A stretch of DNA of 64,000 nucleotides, taken from assembly GCA_038231275.1 (NCBI GenBank), contig JBBRLQ010000005.1:224001-288000 (forward strand), in the 5' to 3' direction. The position numbers were made by a program, and so were the translations under genes. Shown here piece after piece: positions 9,127 to 18,240 of the stretch. Origin of the DNA: Polyangiales bacterium. Its GTDB lineage: Bacteria; Myxococcota_A; Polyangia; Polyangiales; Polyangiaceae. Position 1 is the stretch's first letter, and every line of letters starts with the position of its first letter. The notes under the pieces are model-generated. The model ran no database searches, was not told the DNA's origin, and saw nothing but the letters and a program-made list of their open reading frames with translations.

Positions 9127-10548
9127 CTACCGACCCTTCACCGCCGCGACCAAGCCGTCGATGCTCTTCTTCGCGTCGCCGAAGAGCATGCGCGTGTTCG
9201 CAAGGTAAAAGAGCGGGTTCTCGACGCCGGCGTAGCCTGCGGCCATTCCGCGCTTGAGCACGACGACGGTCTTCGCCTTCCAGACCTCGAGGACCGGCAT
9301 GCCGTAGATCGCGCTCGACGGATCTTCGAGCGCGCCGGGGTTGACGATGTCGTTCGCGCCGATGACCAGCACCGCGTCGGTCTTTGCGAAGTCGCGGTTG
9401 ATCTCGTCCATCTCGAGGACGAGATTGTAAGGGACACCGGCTTCGGCGAGCAGCACGTTCATGTGGCCGGGGAGGCGACCGGCGACCGGATGGATCGCGA
9501 AGTGGACCTCGCTGCCGCGCTTGCGGAGCGCCTGGGTGAGCTCGAACACGGCGGCCTGCGCGCGCGCGACCGCCATGCCGTAGCCGGGGACGACGATGAT
9601 CTTCTTCGCGTCGCAGAGCAGGGTGGCGACGCCGTCGAGCTTCATCTCGTGCACGTCGCCGGTGGGCGCCGCGGCCGCTTCCTTCGTATCCCCCGTGCCG
9701 AAGCCTCCGAAGACGACGCTCAGGATCGAGCGGTTCATCGCGCGGCACATGATGATGGAGAGGATCGCGCCGCTCGAGCCGACGAGCGCTCCGGTGACGA
9801 TGAGGAGATCGTTGGCGAGGACGAAGCCGGACGCGGCGGCAGCCCAGCCCGAGTAGCTGTTGAGGAGCGAGACGACGACCGGCATGTCCGCGCCGCCGAT
9901 CGCCATGACGAGGTGGATGCCGAGCAGCCCCGCGAGGATCGCGATGCCGACGAGGTACGGCATGCCCGCGGTTCCCTGCGCCATCGCGATGGGGACGCAG
10001 AGGAGGACCACCGCCGACGCGGCCGTTCCGTTCAAGATGTGGCGCGTGCCGAGGAGCAGCGGCTTGCCCGAGATCGTCCCGCGGAGCTTGCCCCACGCGA
10101 TGATCGAACCGGTGAACGTGAGCGCGCCGACCGCGATGCCCACGGCGACCTCGACGAGGTGCACGGTGCGCTCCGCGCCGACAAGCTCGGCCGACGCGAC
10201 GGCGGGGGCGAGGTACGACGCGAAGCCGACGAGCACGGCGGCGAGGCCGACGAAGCTGTGGAGGATGGCGACGAGCTCCGGCATGCTCGTCATCTCGACG
10301 CGGCGTGCGAGGGAAGCGCCGAACGCGCCGCCCACCACGAGCGCCGCGACGAGGACGCTCGGCGTGACCCAGTTGTCCACCCCCCGCGCCGCCCACGCCG
10401 CCGCGGTGATGGCGACGGCGACCGCCATGCCGACCGCGCCGAACGCGCTGCCGCGTCGCGCGGTGTCTTGCTTCGAGAGGCTCCCGAGGCTGCGAATGAA
10501 GAGGACGCCCGCGACGAGGTAGGCGACCGTGGTGACGCCCTCTTTCAC
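9127..10548 (-). CDS. pntB: NAD(P) transhydrogenase subunit beta
   Basis: GTG 10548 overlapping pntA stop; MPELVAILHSFVGLAA, IGGADMPVV, PGYGMAVA, HPVAGRLPGHMNVLLAEA, GANDIVNP. Confidence 0.97.
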   Translation of the reverse strand: MKEGVTTVAYLVAGVLFIRSLGSLSKQDTARRGSAFGAVGMAVAVAITAAAWAARGVDNWVTPSVLVAALVVGGAFGASLARRVEMTSMPELVAILHSFVGLAAVLVGFASYLAPAVASAELVGAERTVHLVEVAVGIAVGALTFTGSIIAWGKLRGTISGKPLLLGTRHILNGTAASAVVLLCVPIAMAQGTAGMPYLVGIAILAGLLGIHLVMAIGGADMPVVVSLLNSYSGWAAAASGFVLANDLLIVTGALVGSSGAILSIIMCRAMNRSILSVVFGGFGTGDTKEAAAAPTGDVHEMKLDGVATLLCDAKKIIVVPGYGMAVARAQAAVFELTQALRKRGSEVHFAIHPVAGRLPGHMNVLLAEAGVPYNLVLEMDEINRDFAKTDAVLVIGANDIVNPGALEDPSSAIYGMPVLEVWKAKTVVVLKRGMAAGYAGVENPLFYLANTRMLFGDAKKSIDGLVAAVKGR

Positions 10549-12158
10549 TCGCGACCTCGGTGGAACATGCGCAGCATGCGCGCGGTGACCAAGAATCCAC
10601 CTGCGATGTTGATCGCGGCGAAGAGGGCGGCCGATGCGCCGAGGACCGACGACGCGTCGAGGCGCGAGCCGACCTCCAGCATGCCGCCGATGATGATGAT
10701 GCCGCTGATCGCGTTGGTGACGCTCATGAGCGGCGTGTGCAACGCCGGCGTGACGCTCCAGATGACCTGCCAGCCGACGAAGCACGCCAGGATGAACACC
10801 GTCGAGTGCTGCAAGAAATCCCGCGGAGCGAAGCGGCCGGCGACGAAGAGGACCAGGATGAGGACGATGCCGCCGACGGTGGTGCCCCACGCGAGGCGCG
10901 TCGGCGAGCGGATGTTCTGCTGCGCCGGCTTCAGGTGCTCCGCGGGCGGAGGGCGGAGCGAGCCCTTCGACGCGGGCGCGGGCGGGACGTCCACTTTGGC
11001 GGCGGGCTTGGGAGCGGCGGGCGCACCGGCTTTGGGCGGGGGAGGCCGTGGGAGCACCTCGCCGTCGTGAACGACGAGGGCGGGTCGAACGACGTCGCTC
11101 TCGCGATCGATGCGGAACGCCGCGCCGCCGCCGAGCTCTTGGAGGAGGTGCACCACGTTCGTCGCGAAGAGTCGGCTCGCCGAGCTCGCCATGCGGCTCG
11201 GGAGATCGGTGAGGCCGACGATCGTGACGCCGCCCTTGACGACGACCTCCCCGGGAACGCACGCCGAGCAGTTGCCGCCCTGCTCGGCGGCGAGATCGAC
11301 GATGACGGAGCCCGGCTTGAGCGCCTGGACGACCTCGTCGGGGAGGAGGATGGGGGCGCGCTTCCCTGGAACGAGCGCGGTCGTGACGATGATGTCGACC
11401 TCTGCGGCCTGCGCGCGGAAGAGCGCGACCTCTGCAGCGAGGAACGCGGCGCTCATCTCTTTCGCGTAGCCGCCGCCACCGTCCGCGTCCTCTTTCACCT
11501 CGACGTTGAGGTACGCCGCGCCGAGGCTCTCGATCTGCTCTTTGGTGGCGGGGCGCGTGTCGAACGCGCGGACCTCTGCGCCGAGGGCGCGCGCTGCCGC
11601 CACCGCGGCCAGACCGGCGACGCCCGCGCCGATGACGAGGACGCGCGCGGGCGGGATCGTCCCTGCGGCGGTCACCTGCGCGCCGAACGTTCGCTGGAAG
11701 TGCTGCGTCGCCTCGATGACGGCGCGGTACCCCGCGAGGTTCGCCATCGACGAGAGGACGTCCATCTTCTGCGCGCGCGAGATGCGCGGGATGCGCTCGA
11801 GGGCGATCGCCGAGGCGCGCCGCGCCGCGATGAGCCCCGGCAGGGCCTCGTCGCGCTCGGGCTGAAGGAGCGAGACGAGGAGCGTCCCCGCCCGGAGCGT
11901 AGCCACCTCACCATGGGAGGGCGGCCGCACCTTGACGACGACGTCCGACCCGCCCCAGACCGCGGCCGCGTCACCCAAGGTCGCGCCGGCGGCCTCATAG
12001 GCGGCGTCCTCGATCCCCGAGCCCACGCCGGCCCCGCGCTCGACCGTCACCGAAAACCCGAGCGCCACGAGCTTCTTGACGGAGTCCGGCGTGGCGGCCA
12101 CCCGCCTCTCGCCCGCCGCGCTCTCTTTTGGTGCTCCTACACGAACCGACCCTGACAC
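10545..12158 (-). CDS. pntA: NAD(P) transhydrogenase subunit alpha (single chain, Pro-rich linker)
   Basis: ERRVAATP, RISRAQKMDVLSS, GAGVAGL, GGGGYAK, DLAAEQGGNC, LHTPLMSVTNAISG. Confidence 0.97.
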   Translation of the reverse strand: MSGSVRVGAPKESAAGERRVAATPDSVKKLVALGFSVTVERGAGVGSGIEDAAYEAAGATLGDAAAVWGGSDVVVKVRPPSHGEVATLRAGTLLVSLLQPERDEALPGLIAARRASAIALERIPRISRAQKMDVLSSMANLAGYRAVIEATQHFQRTFGAQVTAAGTIPPARVLVIGAGVAGLAAVAAARALGAEVRAFDTRPATKEQIESLGAAYLNVEVKEDADGGGGYAKEMSAAFLAAEVALFRAQAAEVDIIVTTALVPGKRAPILLPDEVVQALKPGSVIVDLAAEQGGNCSACVPGEVVVKGGVTIVGLTDLPSRMASSASRLFATNVVHLLQELGGGAAFRIDRESDVVRPALVVHDGEVLPRPPPPKAGAPAAPKPAAKVDVPPAPASKGSLRPPPAEHLKPAQQNIRSPTRLAWGTTVGGIVLILVLFVAGRFAPRDFLQHSTVFILACFVGWQVIWSVTPALHTPLMSVTNAISGIIIIGGMLEVGSRLDASSVLGASAALFAAINIAGGFLVTARMLRMFHRGRE

Positions 12159-12273
12159 GCGCCCAGGCTACTCCAGAAGAGGCGCGCGTAGGGCAGCAAC
12201 GAGCGAACGCTGAACGGTGGGACGAACGGTCGCAAAGTCGCAGAAACGCGATTCGTGGCTTACTATTGACAGA

Positions 12274-13851
12274 GTGGCCGGGGATTCGGCGTACGGCAAA
12301 TATCGACTCCTCGCCGAGCTCGGACGCGGCGGCATGGCGGACGTGTTCCTTGCGATGGTCACCGGTCCCGAGGGCTCGGGGTTCTCCAAGCTAGAAGTCG
12401 TCAAGAGGCTCCGGCAAAACCTCGCCGAAGATCCCGACTTCGTCAGCATGCTCCTCGACGAGGCGCGCATCTCCGCGCGGCTCAACCACCCGAACGTCGT
12501 CCAGCTCTTCGAGGTTGGGGTCGTGGGCGAGTCCTACTACCTCGCGATGGAGTACCTGGAGGGGCAGCCGCTCTATCGCGTACAGCAGCGCGCGCGCGTC
12601 GCCAGCGCAGAGTGGCCGCTCGGCTCGCAGCTGCGGATCGTCGCCGACGTGCTCGCGGGGCTCCATCACGCGCACGAGCTCGCCGACTACGACGGCTCGC
12701 CGCTGAACGTCGTGCACCGCGACATCAACCCGCAAAACGTCTTTTTGACGTACGGCGGCCACGTGAAGGTCGTCGACTTCGGCATCGCGAAGGCGGCGGG
12801 GCGCGCGAACGAGACGCGGCAGGGGATCGTGAAGGGCAAGCTCCGGTACATGGCGCCCGAGCAGGCCATGGGCGCGGCCATCGATCGGCGCGCGGACGTC
12901 TTCGCGGCGGGGCTGCTCCTCTGGGAGGCGATCATCGGGACCCGCTACTGGGGGAACAAGCCGGAGAACGAGATCGCGACGGCGCTCATCGCCGGACGGT
13001 TCGTGGCCTCGCCGCGCGCCGTGAAGCCCGACGTCCCGGAGGACCTCGACCGCATCTGCGTGACCGCCCTCGCGCACGCCCCGCACGGCCGGTACCCGAC
13101 GGCGGACGCCTTCAAGGGGGATCTCGACGCGTACATCGCGGCCGCGGAGATCTCGGGCGAGCGGACCGAGTTGGGCGCGTTCGTGGGGCGGCTCTTCGCC
13201 AAGGAGCGCGCGCTCCTCAAAGCCATCGTCGAGCGCGCAGGCCGCCACGCCGCGCCGGTGAACATCGAGACGCTCCAGTCGTCGCGCTCGTCCTCGAGCG
13301 AGCACGCGGGCCTCGGGTTCTCGATTCGCCCGACACGCATCGACGACGATGACGAAGATCTCGCGGAGGTGGCGCCGCTCCCGGTGCTCTCGACGTCGCC
13401 GGTCCCCGCGGCTCCGCGTCGGAAAAAATCTTGGATCGTCGGTGTCGCGGTCGCCGCGGCGGCGGTCCTCGCGGTCGCTGCAACTACGCGGGTCGTCGTT
13501 GGAAGCGGCGTCGGCGGCGTAGAGGTGTCGTTCGAGCCGCGCACCAAGGCGATCGAGGCGCGCGCCACAATGGCTCAGAACCGCGACGTGCTCCAGGGCG
13601 CCATCGGCTCGCCTGCGCAGGACGCGCCGCCGCCCGCTGCCGCCGCGCCGTCCCCTCCGGTCGCGCCGCCGCCCGCCGCCGCCGCGCCTTCCCCTCCGGT
13701 CGCGCCGGTCGCCGCCGACACGAGCCCTCGCCCTACGCGCGATCCGAACGAGCTCCCGCAGCGCGGCAAGCGACGCAAGACCGCGCTCGACGACGCGGAT
13801 CCTTGGAAGGATTTGCCCCCGGAGCCCGCACCGACCCGTCTCCCCTGGTGA
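12274..13851 (+). CDS. Hanks-type Ser/Thr protein kinase with transmembrane helix
   Basis: LGRGGMADV, HPNVV, HRDINPQN, DFGIAK, YMAPEQ; TM IVGVAVAAAAVLAVAA; start uncertain (GTG 12274 chosen). Confidence 0.95.
   Translation: MAGDSAYGKYRLLAELGRGGMADVFLAMVTGPEGSGFSKLEVVKRLRQNLAEDPDFVSMLLDEARISARLNHPNVVQLFEVGVVGESYYLAMEYLEGQPLYRVQQRARVASAEWPLGSQLRIVADVLAGLHHAHELADYDGSPLNVVHRDINPQNVFLTYGGHVKVVDFGIAKAAGRANETRQGIVKGKLRYMAPEQAMGAAIDRRADVFAAGLLLWEAIIGTRYWGNKPENEIATALIAGRFVASPRAVKPDVPEDLDRICVTALAHAPHGRYPTADAFKGDLDAYIAAAEISGERTELGAFVGRLFAKERALLKAIVERAGRHAAPVNIETLQSSRSSSSEHAGLGFSIRPTRIDDDDEDLAEVAPLPVLSTSPVPAAPRRKKSWIVGVAVAAAAVLAVAATTRVVVGSGVGGVEVSFEPRTKAIEARATMAQNRDVLQGAIGSPAQDAPPPAAAAPSPPVAPPPAAAAPSPPVAPVAADTSPRPTRDPNELPQRGKRRKTALDDADPWKDLPPEPAPTRLPW
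13624..13707 (+). repeat. Intragenic 39-bp tandem duplication (APPPAAAAPSPPV x2)
   Basis: Two near-identical 39-nt units in the kinase C-terminal tail. Confidence 0.8.
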
Positions 13852-13965
13852 GGCAATGCGCGATCTGACGTCGAAGCGGCCCAGGGTCGAGCTCGGGAGG
13901 TTGCCGTCCGAGTAGGCGTCGTCGCGACCGACGCGGGTGGCTGAAACTTCGCTACAGTGCGGCGC

Positions 13966-15393
13966 ATGAGCATGCGCGTCTCCCTGCCGTTCGCCTCTCT
14001 CGTCCTCGCCCACGTCGCGTGCGGCGGTGCGCCCACGTCACCCACGTCGCCGGGCGGACCGCGTGCGCCGGAGACCGACGTAGCGCCGGGGACTGCCGCC
14101 GTGGCGCCGCTGCCTGCGATGGACCCGACGGCGATGCCGAAGAAGAAGGCGATCCTCCTCAAGGCGGCGCGCATGTTCGACGGTCGTGGCGACAAGGTGA
14201 CCGACGGCGGCGTCGCGATCCTGGTGGAAAATGGGCTCCTCACGAAGGTCGGCAAGGCGGGGGCGTTCTCGCCGCCGGCCGACGCGGAGGTCATCGATCT
14301 CGGCGACGCAACGCTCCTCCCCGGCTTCATCGATGCGCACACGCACCTGACCCACGAGCTCGCGCCGAATTTCTACAAGGAGCATTACGACGAGGAGCTG
14401 CGGTTCCCCGCCGAGCAAGCGCTCTACGGGGCGGCCTACGCGCGCCGCACGCTCGACGCGGGGTTCACGACGGTGCGCGATCTCGGCTCGGACGAGGGCC
14501 TCGATCTCGGCCTCCGCAACGCGATCGCGAAGGACATCGCGGTGGGACCGCGCATGCTCGTGGCCGTTCACGCGCTCGGCGCCACCGGTGGCCACGTCGA
14601 CGCGCCGCCGCTCGTGCGCGACTATAAATCGGAGAAGCCCGCGCGTGATGGCGTGTGCGACGGCGCGGCGGCGTGCGCGGCCGCCACGCGCAAGCAGATC
14701 AAATACGGCGCCGACGTCATCAAGATCTCCGCGTCGGGCGGCGTGCTCTCGCTCGCCGACGCCGTCGACACGCCGCAGATGACGCTCGCGGAGATGCAGG
14801 CGATCGTCCTCGAGGCGCACCGGCTAGGCCGCAAGGTCGCCGCGCACTGCCACGGCGACACCGCCGCGAAGGTGGCGATCGAAGCGGGCGTCGATTCGAT
14901 CGAGCACGGCTCCTTCCTGAAGCCCGACACGCTGGCGCTCATGAAGCGAAAGGGCACGGTGCTCATTCCCACGTTGATGGCGAGTCACTGGACCGGCGAC
15001 GAGGAGCGCTCCAAGACGTTCCCGCCCGCCATCGGCGCCAAGGCCCGCGCCGCGCGCGCCGCCCACACCGCGACGTTCCGGGAGGCGGTGAAGAGCGGCG
15101 TGATCATCGGGTTCGGAACCGACTCCGGCGTCTCGCCGCACGGCCAGAACGCGCACGAGTTCGTCCTCATGACGACCAACGGGCTCTCGCCGGCCGCGGC
15201 GCTCCGTGCGGCGACGAGCATCGACGCCGAGCTCCTCGGGATCGCGGCGCAGACCGGCACTTTGGAGCCCGGAAAGCTCGCCGACGTCGTCGCCGTGCCC
15301 GGCAATCCGCTCGTCGACATCAAGCAGACCGAGCACGTGAGCCTGGTGATGCGGGCGGGGACGATCAGCAAGCGCCCCGACGCCGCGCGGTAG
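13966..15393 (+). CDS. Metal-dependent amidohydrolase (prolidase-like subgroup), probable lipoprotein
   Basis: LPGFIDAHTH, GFTTVRDLG, GADVIK, AAHCHG, IEHG, FGTDSG, GKLADVV; signal with HVA-C. Confidence 0.93.
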   Translation: MSMRVSLPFASLVLAHVACGGAPTSPTSPGGPRAPETDVAPGTAAVAPLPAMDPTAMPKKKAILLKAARMFDGRGDKVTDGGVAILVENGLLTKVGKAGAFSPPADAEVIDLGDATLLPGFIDAHTHLTHELAPNFYKEHYDEELRFPAEQALYGAAYARRTLDAGFTTVRDLGSDEGLDLGLRNAIAKDIAVGPRMLVAVHALGATGGHVDAPPLVRDYKSEKPARDGVCDGAAACAAATRKQIKYGADVIKISASGGVLSLADAVDTPQMTLAEMQAIVLEAHRLGRKVAAHCHGDTAAKVAIEAGVDSIEHGSFLKPDTLALMKRKGTVLIPTLMASHWTGDEERSKTFPPAIGAKARAARAAHTATFREAVKSGVIIGFGTDSGVSPHGQNAHEFVLMTTNGLSPAAALRAATSIDAELLGIAAQTGTLEPGKLADVVAVPGNPLVDIKQTEHVSLVMRAGTISKRPDAAR

Positions 15394-15496
15394 CGTGACC
15401 TCCGAAGTTACTAAACGGCATTGAGACGCACGGGAAATCGTGCGGCGGCGCGACAAAGGGTGAAGTTTGCGAGGAGAAGGACCGTCCTACGAGACC

Positions 15497-16018
15497 ATGC
15501 ACAAGCGATCCACCGCCAAATTCATGGGTGTCCTCGCGGCCGTCGGTTGCCTCGTCGCGTCGCTGAGCGCGACGCAGCCCGCCGACGGCAAGCCCAAGAA
15601 GCCCCCGACGGCCGCCAAGCCCCCGCCCGACCTTCGCGGCCCTCGCGGCACCTGCGCCACGAGCGCCGACTGCAACTCGGACAGCAAAGAAGAGTGCGTG
15701 GACAAGAAGTGCATTTGCGATCCCGGCAAGGGCAACGCGCGGTGCAACGCGAAGGACGATTTTTGCACGTGGCTCGGCGTCAACGCGAACCACTGCGGCG
15801 CGTGCGGCCACAACTGCGGTCCGCGCGCCTCGTGCGACGAGAGCAAATGCGTGCCGTGCAAGGCCGGGGAGACGATGTGCCCGGGCGACGCGTCGGGCAG
15901 CGTGACCGGCTGGGACCGTGAGTGCCACAACCTCCAGAACGAGGACGACAACTGCGGGAAGTGCGGCCGCGAGTGTCCGTCGAGCTTCTTCTGCAAGAAC
16001 GGCCACTGCGTCCTCTAG
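15497..16018 (+). CDS. Secreted Cys-rich repeat protein (STIG1-like)
   Basis: Signal peptide; repeated NHCGACGHNC and DNCGKCGREC units. Confidence 0.8.
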   Translation: MHKRSTAKFMGVLAAVGCLVASLSATQPADGKPKKPPTAAKPPPDLRGPRGTCATSADCNSDSKEECVDKKCICDPGKGNARCNAKDDFCTWLGVNANHCGACGHNCGPRASCDESKCVPCKAGETMCPGDASGSVTGWDRECHNLQNEDDNCGKCGRECPSSFFCKNGHCVL

Positions 16019-16039
16019 AGCAACCGTCCGGCGAACGAC

Positions 16040-16117
16040 ATGACCAAGCGAAGACTCGAGGCCTTCAGCGACGGCGTGCTCGCCATCGAGGCGCAGCTGG
16101 ACGCGGAGCACGCGTGA
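16040..16117 (+). pseudogene. Internally deleted TMEM175 (DUF1211) potassium-channel remnant
   Basis: 25-aa ORF MTKRRLEAFSDGVLAIEAQLDAEHA; RLEAFSDGVxAI is the TMEM175 helix-1 signature. Confidence 0.75.
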
Positions 16118-16118
16118 A

Positions 16119-16490
16119 ATGAGCGCATCGCCTGATGCCCTGGTCGCCCTCGCGCGCACGTGGCTCGCCGCCTTCAACGGCCGCGATCTCGAGGGCCTCT
16201 TGGCGCTGTATGAGCCGGACGCCGTCCACACGAGCCCCAAGCTCCGCGCCAAGGATTCCGCGACGAACGGCGAAATCCGTGGGACCTCGGCCCTTCGTGC
16301 CTGGTGGGCCGACGCGATGCAGCGATTGCCACGGCTGCGCTATGAAGAGCGCCACCTCACGGCGATGGGCGATCGCGTCTTCATGGAATACCTGCGGACC
16401 AATCCCGGCGAGCCCGAGTACATGGTGGCCGAGGTCTTGGTCGTCGCAGCGAGTGGAAAAATCCGCGCCTCGCACGTCTATCACGGCTGA
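16119..16490 (+). CDS. SnoaL/NTF2-like protein
   Basis: WLAAFNGRDLEGLLALYEPDA, GDRVFMEY, GKI...VYHG. Confidence 0.9.
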   Translation: MSASPDALVALARTWLAAFNGRDLEGLLALYEPDAVHTSPKLRAKDSATNGEIRGTSALRAWWADAMQRLPRLRYEERHLTAMGDRVFMEYLRTNPGEPEYMVAEVLVVAASGKIRASHVYHG

Positions 16491-16537
16491 AATCGGCGTC
16501 GTGCGCCCGGGCGCGAACCGGCGTAGGCTTGCGCGTG

Positions 16538-17245
16538 ATGGCTCCCAAGAAGAAGAAGCTCGCCAAGAAGGCCCCCGTGAAGAAGACCTCCTCCGCCGCG
16601 AAGAGGAAGAAGCCGGCGGCGAAAAAGAAGACGAAGAAGAAGGCGAGCATCACCCGCCGGGCGGCCCCGAAGCCCGCCGCCAAACGGGTGGCGAAGACGA
16701 AGAGGAAAGCCCCCGCGAAGGCGAAGGCCAAGGCGAAGCCGGCGAAAGCGAAAGCCAAGGCGAAGCCGGCGAAAGCGAAAGCCAAGGCGAAGCCGGCAAA
16801 GGCGAAGGCGAAGCCGGCGGCAAATGCGAAAGCGAAGCCGGTGGCCAAGGCGAAAGCGAAGCCGGTGGCCAAGGCGAAAGCGAAGCCGGTGGCCCCTGCG
16901 CCGAAGAAGAAGGCGCCGATCTCGCGCCGTGATGGCGCCGGGCACCTCGACCCCGAGTACGCGGCGAGCTTGATGGCGCTCTCGCACAAGAGTGAGCGCA
17001 CCGTACCGCTCGATCGCGCGTTCATCGGCGGCAAGCACCCCGACGATCTCGCGACGTCGATGGGCGAGCAGGTCGTGGAGCAGGCGACGACCGGTGAGTA
17101 CGACGGCGAGGACGTCCTCGACCAGGAGGTGCCCGAGGAGAGCGGCGGGCCGTTCGTGGAGTCGACGGGCGCACGCGAATACGGCCACGACATCGACGCG
17201 TCGAACCCCAAAGGGGCCGACCGCGAGCCGTTCCCCAAGACTTGA
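16538..17245 (+). CDS. Histone H1-like Lys/Ala/Pro-rich protein with acidic C-terminal domain
   Basis: About 125 aa of AKAKAKP-type repeats followed by RRDGAGHLDP...EESGGPFVES...DASNP..REPFP. Confidence 0.85.
   Translation: MAPKKKKLAKKAPVKKTSSAAKRKKPAAKKKTKKKASITRRAAPKPAAKRVAKTKRKAPAKAKAKAKPAKAKAKAKPAKAKAKAKPAKAKAKPAANAKAKPVAKAKAKPVAKAKAKPVAPAPKKKAPISRRDGAGHLDPEYAASLMALSHKSERTVPLDRAFIGGKHPDDLATSMGEQVVEQATTGEYDGEDVLDQEVPEESGGPFVESTGAREYGHDIDASNPKGADREPFPKT
16717..16893 (+). repeat. Intragenic tandem repeats encoding (AK)nP and AKAKAKPV
   Basis: GCGAAAGCCAAGGCGAAGCCG-type and GCCAAGGCGAAAGCGAAGCCGGTG units; boundaries approximate. Confidence 0.7.
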
Positions 17246-17277
17246 GGAGCAGCAGCGCTGCGCTTCGCTCCACTCGC

Positions 17278-18168
17278 TCAGAGGCCGAGCGACGACAGAT
17301 CGAGCGCGGCGCCGCGGACGGGCGGGCAGAAGTAGTATCCACCGGTCTTCGCGCGGCTGAAGCGCAGCAGCCCGTCGGTGATCCCGTCGTCGAGGCCCGC
17401 CATGCGGCGTAGCACGCGCTCGTAGCGATCGAGCGTCTCACCGTACGCGACGAAGTAGATGCCGTGGAGCTGCGTGTCGCCCCACGGCATCGAGCGGCGC
17501 ACCATGAATGCGGGCGGATCGAAATCCTCCTGCGCGGCGCGCTTCACGTGGGCGGAGGCCGGCGCCTCCTCGATCTCTTCGTTGTCGAGAATGCGACGGC
17601 CGAACGTGTTGTCGCGATCGCCGTCGGGCAACTTGGCGAACGCGGCGAGATCGTGCACCCACGTCTGCGCGGCGACGAAGCTCCCGCCGTCGAGACCTGC
17701 GCCGGCGCCGCGGAGGATCGCCGCGTCGACGGCGAGATCGCCTTTCGGATTTTCCGTGCCGTCCTCGTAGCCGGAAAGATCGTGGCCGGTCTTGTACATG
17801 AAGGTGCCCACGTCCTCGCGGACGACGAACGCTGCGCTCGCGCGCCCGACGAACGCGCGCGCGCGATCGAGCACGTCGCCCGGATCGTCGCCCGCGAAGA
17901 ACGCCCAAAGCGCGCCCTGCGTCGAGGGAAAGGCGACCCCCGCGCCGGTGACCGACGGGAACGAGCGGAGGCCCGGGATCTTCTTGCCGAGCGCGAGGGC
18001 GAGCGGTTGGCCGATGCCGATGCCCGTGCGCTCCATCGACGTGCCGCCGGCGAGCGCGCGGAGCGTGGCGGCGGCACGCGATGCGTCGGTGAGATCGAGG
18101 GTGACGAAGCGTCCGAAGCGAGGAACCGGCGCGAGAACGACGGGTTGGAAGGGGAGGGGCGCGACCAT
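17278..18168 (-). CDS. Dye-decolourising (DyP-type) peroxidase
   Basis: DLSGYEDGTENP, GGSFV, HDL, proximal AHVKR, RRSMPW, TGGYYFCP. Confidence 0.95.
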   Translation of the reverse strand: MVAPLPFQPVVLAPVPRFGRFVTLDLTDASRAAATLRALAGGTSMERTGIGIGQPLALALGKKIPGLRSFPSVTGAGVAFPSTQGALWAFFAGDDPGDVLDRARAFVGRASAAFVVREDVGTFMYKTGHDLSGYEDGTENPKGDLAVDAAILRGAGAGLDGGSFVAAQTWVHDLAAFAKLPDGDRDNTFGRRILDNEEIEEAPASAHVKRAAQEDFDPPAFMVRRSMPWGDTQLHGIYFVAYGETLDRYERVLRRMAGLDDGITDGLLRFSRAKTGGYYFCPPVRGAALDLSSLGL

Positions 18169-18240
18169 GCCAGAGACTCTATAGTGCAGCCCTGCGCGAG
18201 CCCAGATCGTCTGGCGCGGTCGTGCGTAAGAGTAGGCACC

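Noticed and set aside
13856-13915. 19-aa ORF MRDLTSKRPRVELGRLPSE after the kinase
   Set aside because: Too short with no recognisable motif; cannot be supported.
17278-17320. Encapsulin targeting peptide on DyP
   Set aside because: LDLSSLGL ends the catalytic domain with no linker or GSLxIGSL motif, and no encapsulin gene is nearby.
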